Source: a virus
Taxonomy: Duplodnaviria; Caudoviricetes
DNA length: 64,000 bases
IMG/VR virus record: IMGVR_UViG_3300027969_000041
Strand: one strand, 5' to 3'
The notes below the pieces were generated by a model. It did no database searches. It was not told the DNA's origin and saw nothing but the letters and a program-made list of their open reading frames with translations. Within the stretch, counting starts at the first letter, position 1. Every line of letters begins with the position of its first letter. Of this stretch, positions 7,623 through 15,335 are shown piece by piece. The position numbers and the translations under genes are program-made.

Positions 7623-7895
7623 ATGGTTTATTCAATCAACAAGGGTACAAAGACCCACAAGTTGTTCACCGCATTAAAGAACGGTGAGAAGGTCACAGCT
7701 AGCGAAGCATCTAAGCGTTTTGGCATCGGCAACATCGCCGCTGAAGCAAGCCGCATTCGTCAAGCTGGTTTTGCAGTCTATGCGAACAGCCGCACCGCTG
7801 GCAACGGCGTTCAAGTTACCGAGTACGAAATCGGTCAACCAAGCCGTGCAATCGTAGCCGCTGGCTACCGCGCAATGCAACTCGGCCTAGTCTAA
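7623..7895 (+). CDS. Winged helix-turn-helix-like DNA-binding protein
   Basis: Own promoter (TTGACC/TGnTAAACT); VTASEASKRFGIGNIAAEASRIRQAG helix pattern followed by a beta hairpin. Confidence 0.6.
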   Translation: MVYSINKGTKTHKLFTALKNGEKVTASEASKRFGIGNIAAEASRIRQAGFAVYANSRTAGNGVQVTEYEIGQPSRAIVAAGYRAMQLGLV

Positions 7896-8062
7896 GAGTT
7901 CGCTCCGAAGTCCTGGGGGTAGTGTCCCAGGCAACCCCCCGAACCCCGCCCATCGTGAGATGCGTGGGGTTCACCTTTGTTGTAAAAATACAACACCAAA
8001 AGGGGTTGACACTTTGGTAAAACCTCTGTATAATAGAGACTTACACTAACAAGGAGCCGAGC

Positions 8063-8275
8063 ATGGGATATCGCGTAATGGACACCGTAGACATGATGCG
8101 TGACAAGTATGGTCCCCGCAAGGGACTGGAAGGTCCGTTCAACTTCTCCGGTCGTGTTCTGTACTACGATGTCAAGGAAGGTCTGTACTACGACCCGACC
8201 ACAGACTTCTATGTTGAGAAGTCTGAGATGGACATGATCAACTCATCCTTTATGGAGCGTTTCAAGAATGTATGA
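8063..8275 (+). CDS. Early hypothetical protein
   Basis: Promoter 8006, AAGGAGC; GLEGPF...VLYYDVKEGLYYDP. Confidence 0.8.
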   Translation: MGYRVMDTVDMMRDKYGPRKGLEGPFNFSGRVLYYDVKEGLYYDPTTDFYVEKSEMDMINSSFMERFKNV

Positions 8276-8465
8276 TGTGACCATCAACTGTGCCAACGAA
8301 CTGAATCCTCTAGAGGTATTGATCGTTGCCGACCACTATGAGAAGCGTGGGATCAAGTCCTACACCATGACCAAGGGCAATGATTGCATCTGGTGCTACC
8401 GTGGCAACATCAACGAATATTTCATCTTCCGTGAAGGAAAATTGGTTGACATCCAGGTCGATTGA
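8268..8465 (+). CDS. Early hypothetical protein
   Basis: GGAG upstream, overlaps previous stop. Confidence 0.7.
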   Translation: MYDVTINCANELNPLEVLIVADHYEKRGIKSYTMTKGNDCIWCYRGNINEYFIFREGKLVDIQVD

Positions 8466-8508
8466 TCGTATAATACATACATAGACAGCAACACACTAGG
8501 AGCACATA

Positions 8509-8874
8509 ATGGAAACAATGACACGCCGGGAAGAACTAGAGTGCATCTTCTGGGATATGTACAAGGATGCCTACGGTGTCCGCCCACGTGGTGTCGACAC
8601 ATCTGCTTGGGATGAGGCTACCTTTGAAGCCGAGTTCAACTATATGCAGGAGCTGATTGCCAAGAACGACCGTGAGCGCAAGATCGCCGAGGACGAGGCA
8701 GCACATGCCTTTGAGATGCGAATGTTGAGCATCATAGCCTGCGGTGCTCATAATCGTGCTATGGCCCTGCGTTGGATCCACGAGGCAGAAGGTAGCAACG
8801 GTGACGACGAGTACCTGTGCTATCTGTTGGGATTGCCCTACCGCTATTTTGTGGTTGACAAGGCCACAGTTTGA
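8509..8874 (+). CDS. Early hypothetical protein
   Basis: Promoter 8446, AGGAGC; DMYKDAYGVRPR motif. Confidence 0.8.
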   Translation: METMTRREELECIFWDMYKDAYGVRPRGVDTSAWDEATFEAEFNYMQELIAKNDRERKIAEDEAAHAFEMRMLSIIACGAHNRAMALRWIHEAEGSNGDDEYLCYLLGLPYRYFVVDKATV

Positions 8875-8907
8875 CAGTATAATACACACATAGACACTAA
8901 GGAGCAC

Positions 8908-9132
8908 ATGATGATTAGAGAGCATATTCAAATGGAAACCCGCCACGGTAGCCCATACGATCGCGGCATGGCAGACAGCTACTACCGTAGAGACTACAAC
9001 CCACACTATTTTAAGGGTGATTCTTACAGTTCAGAGCGTGTCACTCTTAAGGATATGACACCTGATGAGATTGTGGCATACACCGCAGGCTACGAGGACA
9101 ACGAAGACGCCGGCGATCACAAGGAGTGGTAA
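8908..9132 (+). CDS. Early hypothetical protein
   Basis: Promoter 8855, AAGGAGC; RHGSPYDRGMADSYY motif. Confidence 0.8.
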   Translation: MMIREHIQMETRHGSPYDRGMADSYYRRDYNPHYFKGDSYSSERVTLKDMTPDEIVAYTAGYEDNEDAGDHKEW

Positions 9133-9133
9133 G

Positions 9134-9292
9134 ATGAGTACATGGGAATTCGCAGAGTTCCGCATTGGACGACTGTTCCATTGCAACGGCAACGACTGGA
9201 TCAAACAATCAACCCGCACCGCAAGGATGCTGAGCACGGGTAGAGTCTTCTACTTCCGTAAGAACGAAATCATTAGGGCAATCGCATGGTAA
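9134..9292 (+). CDS. Small early hypothetical protein
   Basis: AAGGAG then ATG 9134. Confidence 0.65.
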   Translation: MSTWEFAEFRIGRLFHCNGNDWIKQSTRTARMLSTGRVFYFRKNEIIRAIAW

Positions 9293-9480
9293 TCCTACAA
9301 GAGACCACACAGTGGAGCGACAGCAACGGCGCCAACCACATCTATGTCTTTAAGAAGAAGCCCGAAGGTCGGAGTGCCGAGGCTGTGGCTTATTTGCCAC
9401 AAGGGACAGATCGTGTGATCAAGTTCCGCACACCACTAAAACTCGACCTAAAAGGAAGGACTTTCCGGGCGGTTGACTAA
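9286..9480 (+). CDS. Early hypothetical protein
   Basis: Overlaps previous gene; ends inside next -35 box. Confidence 0.65.
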   Translation: MVILQETTQWSDSNGANHIYVFKKKPEGRSAEAVAYLPQGTDRVIKFRTPLKLDLKGRTFRAVD

Positions 9481-9526
9481 TTGGTAAAACCTTGCTATAA
9501 TACACTATCGCAACAAGGAGCACACT

Positions 9527-9607
9527 ATGTCAGATTTTGAAGCAGGCTGTATTTTGGTTTCAGTGATCATTGCCGCTAAATTTTACATCCTCATCAGATA
9601 CTTCTAA
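9527..9607 (+). CDS. 26-aa hydrophobic microprotein (MSDFEAGCILVSVIIAAKFYILIRYF)
   Basis: Promoter 9473/9496 and AAGGAGC RBS; not in ORF track. Confidence 0.65.
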   Translation: MSDFEAGCILVSVIIAAKFYILIRYF

Positions 9608-9617
9608 GGAGCACACT

Positions 9618-9704
9618 ATGCCACAAGCTATTATCAACCTTCTCATTATGTTGACGCCAGTATGGGTCATGCTCGTAGCAATCCTTGTAGAGGAGATCCT
9701 GTAA
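9618..9704 (+). CDS. 28-aa hydrophobic microprotein (MPQAIINLLIMLTPVWVMLVAILVEEIL)
   Basis: AAGGAGCACACTATG RBS module; stop overlaps next ATG. Confidence 0.65.
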   Translation: MPQAIINLLIMLTPVWVMLVAILVEEIL

Positions 9705-9919
9705 TGGACATCGAAATCAAATTCAAAACCGACGAACAGAGACGCATTGCAGACCTACTGTGGTCTTGCCAAAGCCAGGCAGAAGTCAATGTGGTGCTCC
9801 GTGCCTTTGGGGTGCAAGGCTACATTGTCAAAGAGATGATCTTGGCCGCTACCTACGATGACTTAGCCAATGAAGATGTGGCGTTAGCACAACACTATCT
9901 AAAACCCTACATGTTGTAG
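9704..9919 (+). CDS. Early hypothetical protein
   Basis: GAGGAG and TAATG coupling; start reassigned to 9704. Confidence 0.7.
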   Translation: MDIEIKFKTDEQRRIADLLWSCQSQAEVNVVLRAFGVQGYIVKEMILAATYDDLANEDVALAQHYLKPYML

Positions 9920-9985
9920 GGGTTCTAGTTGACATCTTTATAAGTTGAGACTATAATACATACATACACTAAAAAGGAGTTAAAA

Positions 9986-10231
9986 ATGGGTCAATACGCA
10001 AACACAGTTAACGCATACGCAATGTCTGCCGCTCGTGCTAAAGTTTACACTATGCAAAACACTTTGCAAAGTTACGGACAAACCGCTTACATGCTAAATG
10101 TAAGTAGTGCTAAGTTCCGCCGGGACATCGAAGCTAAAAAAATTAAATTTATTGCACAGCTCGAAAAAGAAAAAATTGCAAAAATGCAAGCAGAGATCGC
10201 TAGTCTGCAAGCAAAGCACAGTGTAGCATAA
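9986..10231 (+). CDS. Early hypothetical protein with C-terminal coiled coil, proline-free
   Basis: Promoter 9929, AAGGAG RBS. Confidence 0.75.
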   Translation: MGQYANTVNAYAMSAARAKVYTMQNTLQSYGQTAYMLNVSSAKFRRDIEAKKIKFIAQLEKEKIAKMQAEIASLQAKHSVA

Positions 10232-10324
10232 AAACAACGACCCTACGGGGTCTAGGGTTTTTGGTTGACAGAGTAGTAAATCGGCGTTATAATACATACA
10301 CACTAACACAAAAGGGAGCGATAG

Positions 10325-10711
10325 ATGACTAAAGTAAATTATGACCGTTTTGCCTCGTTTGACATGAACGAGTGCTGTGACCACTTTGACAGTGAGAAGC
10401 AGAGCAACTGGAAGAAGATTGGCAAGTTCATCGTAGCAGATGGACAAGAGTACCAGCACATTATGGAAACAGAGTTTGACTTTGAAGACACGGGCGATGG
10501 CGAGTATGCGGCATTTGACGCAGGCGTTAAGTATGCTCTTACTAAGATGAACATTGCATTTGAGGCGGCAGGCTTGGACTTGCAGATCTGCGAGGTAGAC
10601 CTGGTAGAGAGCATGGGCTTTGTTATGGTCCGTGCAGACGACGAGCCCGAGGACTTCGTTAAGCGGGTTCTTAAGAAGCCCGTGTTGATGGTAGAGAGCT
10701 GGATAGACTAA
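10325..10711 (+). CDS. Acidic early hypothetical protein
   Basis: Promoter 10265, GGGAGC RBS. Confidence 0.8.
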   Translation: MTKVNYDRFASFDMNECCDHFDSEKQSNWKKIGKFIVADGQEYQHIMETEFDFEDTGDGEYAAFDAGVKYALTKMNIAFEAAGLDLQICEVDLVESMGFVMVRADDEPEDFVKRVLKKPVLMVESWID

Positions 10712-10847
10712 TTGCCGGAGTGTCAGCTCCTGCCACTAGGCCCTGCAACAACTGTCCCAAGTGGACGGTATCGCCCGGGTACTTCGCAGGGGTTGACACA
10801 ATGGTTTTTCTATGTTATAATACACACATAGACACTAAGGAGCATAT

Positions 10848-10991
10848 ATGAAACAAGTACAGAGCAAATCCAGCACCGGTGGCACCACTACCGAGTTCTT
10901 CGATGAGAACGGCGTTCGCGTCAAAGTAGTCCACAGTGCCGGCAAACAGTACAGTGGCAAGATTGCACAACAAGAAGCCAAAAAGGCTTGA
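10848..10991 (+). CDS. Small early hypothetical protein (47 aa, MKQVQSKSSTGG...)
   Basis: Promoter 10793, AAGGAGC RBS; stop is inside next TTGACA; not in ORF track. Confidence 0.65.
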   Translation: MKQVQSKSSTGGTTTEFFDENGVRVKVVHSAGKQYSGKIAQQEAKKA

Positions 10992-11043
10992 CAAACCGGT
11001 AAAACCTTGTTATAATACATACTTACACACTAAGGAGCACACT

Positions 11044-11397
11044 ATGACAGCAGTCGCAACACACATCACAGAGCAGTTGGTACAAGACGCTACCAACGAA
11101 GCTCGCATCCAAGCCCATACAGCGGCCAAAGCCTTGATTGCCCAGCATGGCGATCGTGGCGCCTGCGGCTTTGCCTGGGTCAACATCTACGGTGTTCGCA
11201 GTAACAGCAAGTTGGGCAAGTGGCTACAGGCCGCAGGCTTCCGCAAAGACTACACAGGTGCATTGAGCCTGTGGAACCCCAGCCAAGCCGCAGTACAAAG
11301 CATTGACATTCTGGAAGCTGGCGCCTATGCCTACGCAGAGGTCATCAAAGCCAAGTTGGGCTTGGACAAGGTCTACGCTGGTTCAAGAATGGACTAA
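11044..11397 (+). CDS. Early hypothetical protein
   Basis: Promoter 10988, AAGGAGC; GACGFAWV motif. Confidence 0.8.
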   Translation: MTAVATHITEQLVQDATNEARIQAHTAAKALIAQHGDRGACGFAWVNIYGVRSNSKLGKWLQAAGFRKDYTGALSLWNPSQAAVQSIDILEAGAYAYAEVIKAKLGLDKVYAGSRMD

Positions 11398-11476
11398 TTA
11401 TAGAGCAGAAGGGCTTGACATACAGGCCCTTCGACTGTATAATACATACTTCAACTTAAACACCAAGGAAGCAAAA

Positions 11477-12349
11477 ATGGCTACAACAAAGACCAAAGCC
11501 CCCAGCAAGGGCACCACAGTACTAGAATTTGACACGGATGCTATCAAGCGCCGTGAAAAGGAAGTAGCCAAAGAGACTGACGGCGAGATCCTGGATCGTC
11601 TCAGCGAGCGGTTTGATATCCTCAACGAGATGACCAAAGCAGTCAAAGAAGGCAATGTCCGTGCTATGATTGTATCAGGTCCCCCAGGCGTGGGCAAGAG
11701 CCACGGTGTAGAAGCTGTACTCCAAAAGGCAGACTTGTTCAACACACTAGCAGAGCGCAAGCCCAAGTTTGAAGTTGTCAAGGGTGCCATGAGCAGTATT
11801 GGCCTCTATGCTAAGTTGTACGAGTTCGCCGCAGAAGGCAATGTTGTAGTCTTTGATGACTGCGACAGTATCCTCATGGAAGACCTAAGCCTAAACATTC
11901 TCAAGGGTGCCTTGGACAGTAGTGAGCGCAGGTTTATCAGTTGGAACACTGACAGCCGACTACTCCGTAGTGAAGGCATTCCAGATCGCTTCGAGTTCAA
12001 GGGCGCGGCTATTTTCATTACCAACATCAAGTTTGAGCACGTTAAGAGCAAGCGCCTCCGTGATCACTTGGATGCCTTGGAAAGCCGTTGCCACTACATT
12101 GATCTGCAAATGGATACGAATCGCGAGAAGATTCTGCGTATCAAGCAGGTTGTCAACGCTGGTGAGATGCTGAGCAAGTACGAGTTTGAAGAGTGTGTCA
12201 AGGACGAGATCGTTGAGTTTGTGGACGCTAATCAAGACAAGCTTCGTGAGCTGAGTCTGCGTATGGTGCTCAAGGTAGCACAATTGCGTAAGGCGTTTCC
12301 TACCACATGGAAGAGCATGGTCAAGACTACCTGTATGAAGCGAGCATGA
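11477..12349 (+). CDS. AAA+ / P-loop ATPase
   Basis: Walker A GPPGVGKS, Walker B VVFDDCD, FITN sensor, ALESRC arginine finger; promoter 11415. Confidence 0.85.
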   Translation: MATTKTKAPSKGTTVLEFDTDAIKRREKEVAKETDGEILDRLSERFDILNEMTKAVKEGNVRAMIVSGPPGVGKSHGVEAVLQKADLFNTLAERKPKFEVVKGAMSSIGLYAKLYEFAAEGNVVVFDDCDSILMEDLSLNILKGALDSSERRFISWNTDSRLLRSEGIPDRFEFKGAAIFITNIKFEHVKSKRLRDHLDALESRCHYIDLQMDTNREKILRIKQVVNAGEMLSKYEFEECVKDEIVEFVDANQDKLRELSLRMVLKVAQLRKAFPTTWKSMVKTTCMKRA

Positions 12350-12579
12350 TCACTCGCATAGTACTGTATGCAACCCTAGGGTATCTATTAGATGCTCTAG
12401 GGCAGGGTTCCGGAGACTGGGGCTTTTGGTGTGTCTTGGGCTTGTTCCTAGCCACAGACATCCTAGCCCGCAAGGAAGGACAGGATCACGGCATATGGAT
12501 AACACTGATGTTGCCCGCTGACAGGCTCGCAGAGCTTAAACAACAACTAGACACAGACATCAAGGATGCAGAACAATGA
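12346..12579 (+). CDS. Small membrane protein
   Basis: ATGA overlap; hydrophobic N-terminal half. Confidence 0.65.
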   Translation: MITRIVLYATLGYLLDALGQGSGDWGFWCVLGLFLATDILARKEGQDHGIWITLMLPADRLAELKQQLDTDIKDAEQ

Positions 12580-12842
12580 CTACAACAACTACAACCTGCA
12601 CCTACTTGGGCAACAGTACTACAGCCTGCGGCTGTACTACAGTCATGGGCAAGAGCTACTGTGCAGAGCACATATACATAGTCTACAAGCAGGGTACAGC
12701 CCGGGCCAAGCGTAAGAAGGAACTAACCACTGTGGACAAGGTACGCATGGTAGAAGAACTCATGCACGAAGCTATCGCAGAGCTGGAAGCAGAAGGCTTT
12801 GATGTCTACGGTGAAAGAGAGTTGGACCTAGACAGAGGCTGA
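12576..12842 (+). CDS. Hypothetical protein with Cys/His Zn-binding-like motif
   Basis: CTY...ACGC...YCAEH. Confidence 0.65.
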   Translation: MTTTTTTCTYLGNSTTACGCTTVMGKSYCAEHIYIVYKQGTARAKRKKELTTVDKVRMVEELMHEAIAELEAEGFDVYGERELDLDRG

Positions 12843-13034
12843 GGTCGGGGCCGGTGGGGTGGTCAGGTACAATGCAAACTACTGTACATACATACAGTAG
12901 CAAGCATGCCTTAAAAAGTCGGTGTTAGAGTAGATCACCATGGCCAGAGATCTCCAAACCCTACAATTTTTACGCAGCAATTTTTTGGCTACAGTAGACC
13001 AGATTTTGACCCACTGTATTATCACTGTGCGAGT

Positions 13035-13361
13035 TTACTCTGCTGTGAGTTTAATACGAGTGGCTCGCTTTGGTTTTGCTACCGGCTCTACAGCTTCTAA
13101 CTGCTGTGTCGGTGCCACGGGCATTGTTACAAAATTATCCGATTCACCTCTTACAGCTTGATTCAGCATTGATACCACGTGATCAAAGCTTTCACTGACT
13201 TCCCATGTACCGTGTGGTGGACAGAACACAAAAGTCACTGTTTCCACTGTACCTTCTTCACGAGTCACTACTGTACTGTGTACTGTGACCACGTGCTCAC
13301 TGTTGATAGCGATGTTATTCCCTCTATGCTGTGGGCTAGCGTTGGTTAGTTTAATATACAT
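13035..13361 (-). CDS. Hypothetical protein, weak FlbD-like resemblance
   Basis: Start reassigned to ATG 13361, 6 nt after TTGACA(13396-13391)-N17-TATACT(13373-13368). Confidence 0.65.
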   Translation of the reverse strand: MYIKLTNASPQHRGNNIAINSEHVVTVHSTVVTREEGTVETVTFVFCPPHGTWEVSESFDHVVSMLNQAVRGESDNFVTMPVAPTQQLEAVEPVAKPKRATRIKLTAE

Positions 13362-13648
13362 GCTATTAGTATACACTGTGAAAAACTTCATGTCAACTAA
13401 ATTTCCATGGTTTGAAAATTTTTTTATATATTTTTTACTCTTACAAGGGGTCATTTTAATCATAGTGTAATCATACTGTGTTATACTCTATTAACTACTG
13501 TGAGAACTCACTGTTGAAAAAATCATTTTTTACCGCGTCGCGCTTCGCGCTAGTTGGCTCTTCTGCACCAAAAATCTGGTTTTATCAATATCTGGGTACT
13601 TTATTTAATTTTTAGATAAGTACGGTTATACCACCCTCGAAAGCTATC

Positions 13649-14092
13649 ATGTCACTATTACACGTTATACAGAGCCTAACTGATCCACTGTGCTCTTTAA
13701 TCACAGATGATCCCGTACGACCCGAGATCCCTCTAGAGTTTCGAGTTAGCTCATCCAGTGAGATATTTGTGTTGTTAGATGAACTCAGTTTGGCGCCCTT
13801 GGCTGCGGTCTGCTGTGCTTATAGAGATAGTATTCCCGAAAACACCGCCGATTTGATCTTACAACCCCTGGCGGCTGGTGTGGCTGTGTTTTATACTATA
13901 TGGAGTTATCAACCCGGGGCTGGACGCAGGTTGATTGTCTCTGCTCGGAATTGGATCCAGCTCAATAGAACTGAGATCACTAAATTTGTCACTTTGAGTC
14001 CGCCCACTGACATGGCCCGTGTATTCCACCTACGCAATGGTGCGGAAGTGTTTCGAGTTAACAGCGATACAGTTAACTATCTCTACCCTTGA
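13649..14092 (+). CDS. Hypothetical protein, possible GNAT-like fold
   Basis: FYTIWSYQPGAGRRLI (motif A-like) and TLSP...ARVFHLRNGA. Confidence 0.55.
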   Translation: MSLLHVIQSLTDPLCSLITDDPVRPEIPLEFRVSSSSEIFVLLDELSLAPLAAVCCAYRDSIPENTADLILQPLAAGVAVFYTIWSYQPGAGRRLIVSARNWIQLNRTEITKFVTLSPPTDMARVFHLRNGAEVFRVNSDTVNYLYP

Positions 14093-14606
14093 GCTCTACC
14101 AGTATAGACAGCAGTTCATCTAGGCCAGCTTGATAGTTCTGGCTCAGTATACGAACTGCTCGCTGACCGGTCGCGGTCCATTGTTCACAGTTACTACTGC
14201 GATCATCTACTAATATGTCACCGTTGCGGGCATGTTTGTACTTGTCCGTTGAGTAGGGTCCAAAACACAGTCTAATGCCCGGGTAGTGTTCGGCCATCCA
14301 ATCAAACTTGTCCTGAAATACCTCGGGCACTTCGTTTTTTGTGGGTATGGCCGTTAATATGCGTAGGTCCCAACCTAGTTCATTTTTGAATCTATAGGCC
14401 AAGTTGACCAGTTCATCAGCCAGGGGCATCTTGGGTAAGTGGCGATAAAAGTTCGGAACATCTACCAGCTTGTGCCAGCTGTGCTCGGGCCAGCGGCCAT
14501 TTTGTTCTGCATCTTTTTCATCGGCCTTGCTGGCGTTTAGGTAACTGCGAGCAGCCGTGTTAAAGTCGGCCAGGACGCCATCCATGTCTAGGTAAATTGT
14601 GGGCAT
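14073..14606 (-). CDS. HAD-family 5'(3')-deoxyribonucleotidase
   Basis: YLDMDGVLADF, ILTA, ILVDDR motifs. Confidence 0.85.
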   Translation of the reverse strand: MPTIYLDMDGVLADFNTAARSYLNASKADEKDAEQNGRWPEHSWHKLVDVPNFYRHLPKMPLADELVNLAYRFKNELGWDLRILTAIPTKNEVPEVFQDKFDWMAEHYPGIRLCFGPYSTDKYKHARNGDILVDDRSSNCEQWTATGQRAVRILSQNYQAGLDELLSILVELKGRDS

Positions 14607-15301
14607 TAGTTTAAACTTAATTGTTGATCGTGTAAGCGGTCAACTAGAGTATTAATACCTGCCAGGGTGTGATCATTGCGTAGCACCTTATATACTAGGT
14701 TGGCTGTGCTGAACTCACCCTGGGGTTGTTGTAACCCCAGTTTTCTATACTTACGTAACAATTGTAAACTACTTCTGCAGGTTTGTAAATCCCCAGTTTG
14801 CATGGCATGCTTGAGTACAGTGCGCCAAACCTCGGTCATTTTTTCCACTTCTTCGCTGTCAAAGTCAGGTTGGATTTGGCTGGGTTTGGTCAGCCATTTG
14901 CCATCGAGTATGCTGTAACTGCCCGCACTAACTCCCGGATGATCTTGGTCTTCTACAAACAGGCCCACGGGTATGCCAAAGATTTCTATGTCATGTTGTT
15001 CTGCATAAAGATGTCGTTTGGTATCAAACAACTCGGCTACTTCACGATCGCAGGCTATGCTACTGTAGTCTGTGATCAGGTGTAGATCGATGTCACTGTT
15101 ACTGGTGTAATTGTAGTTTACATTACTGCCCGTGATCACAATGTCTACCACTGTGAAATCAATGTCGACAAACTTTTTAAAGTCTTCTGCAATGCGTAGT
15201 AGCGCACCTTTGACCTGAGGTTTTAAATGATCGTGGTCCCATAGTTTTGGGTTCAACACCTGATTATGTTCAATGGGAGTAGAAAATTCGGTAAAGTTCA
15301 T
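14606..15301 (-). CDS. Pol-beta-superfamily nucleotidyltransferase
   Basis: ITGS-x8-SDIDLH motif and helical C-terminal part. Confidence 0.75.
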   Translation of the reverse strand: MNFTEFSTPIEHNQVLNPKLWDHDHLKPQVKGALLRIAEDFKKFVDIDFTVVDIVITGSNVNYNYTSNSDIDLHLITDYSSIACDREVAELFDTKRHLYAEQHDIEIFGIPVGLFVEDQDHPGVSAGSYSILDGKWLTKPSQIQPDFDSEEVEKMTEVWRTVLKHAMQTGDLQTCRSSLQLLRKYRKLGLQQPQGEFSTANLVYKVLRNDHTLAGINTLVDRLHDQQLSLN

Positions 15302-15335
15302 AGCTGTGTATTTATGTGGTTAAATATCATTAGTT

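Larger units (their letters stand above)
528..11443 (+). promoter_or_regulatory. Array of 22 sigma70-type early promoter cassettes (TTGACA-N17-TATAAT; all but 528 and 3325 followed by an AC-rich leader and usually an AGGAG-type RBS)
   Basis: -35 boxes start at 528, 893, 1435, 1679, 2435, 3325, 3593, 3885, 4985, 5524, 5844, 6581, 7550, 8006, 8446, 8855, 9473, 9929, 10265, 10793, 10988, 11415; every one has a 17-nt spacer to TATAAT (TACAAT at 6604, TAAACT at 7573). Confidence 0.92.

Noticed and set aside
869-11303. Upstream-extended starts in the ORF track (869, 1435, 1949, 2631, 4271, 6308, 9065, 9662, 10936, 11303)
   Set aside because: They run through promoter/leader cassettes; the downstream ATG after the SD-like motif (AGGAG/AAGGA) is the better start.
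893-11443. Regularly recurring repeats as a CRISPR array
   Set aside because: Repeats are degenerate promoter-RBS cassettes separated by whole genes of variable length.
390-12283. Antisense or off-frame ORFs in the early region (for example 390-599, 1626-2063, 4180-4587, 4367-4747, 5949-6557, 11398-11790, 11960-12283)
   Set aside because: They shadow + strand genes that have promoter, RBS and coherent codon usage, and have no expression signals of their own.
12843-12868. G-quadruplex (GGTCGGGGCCGGTGGGGTGGTCAGG)
   Set aside because: Only two tracts of three or more G; weak two-tier potential is not distinguishable from chance.
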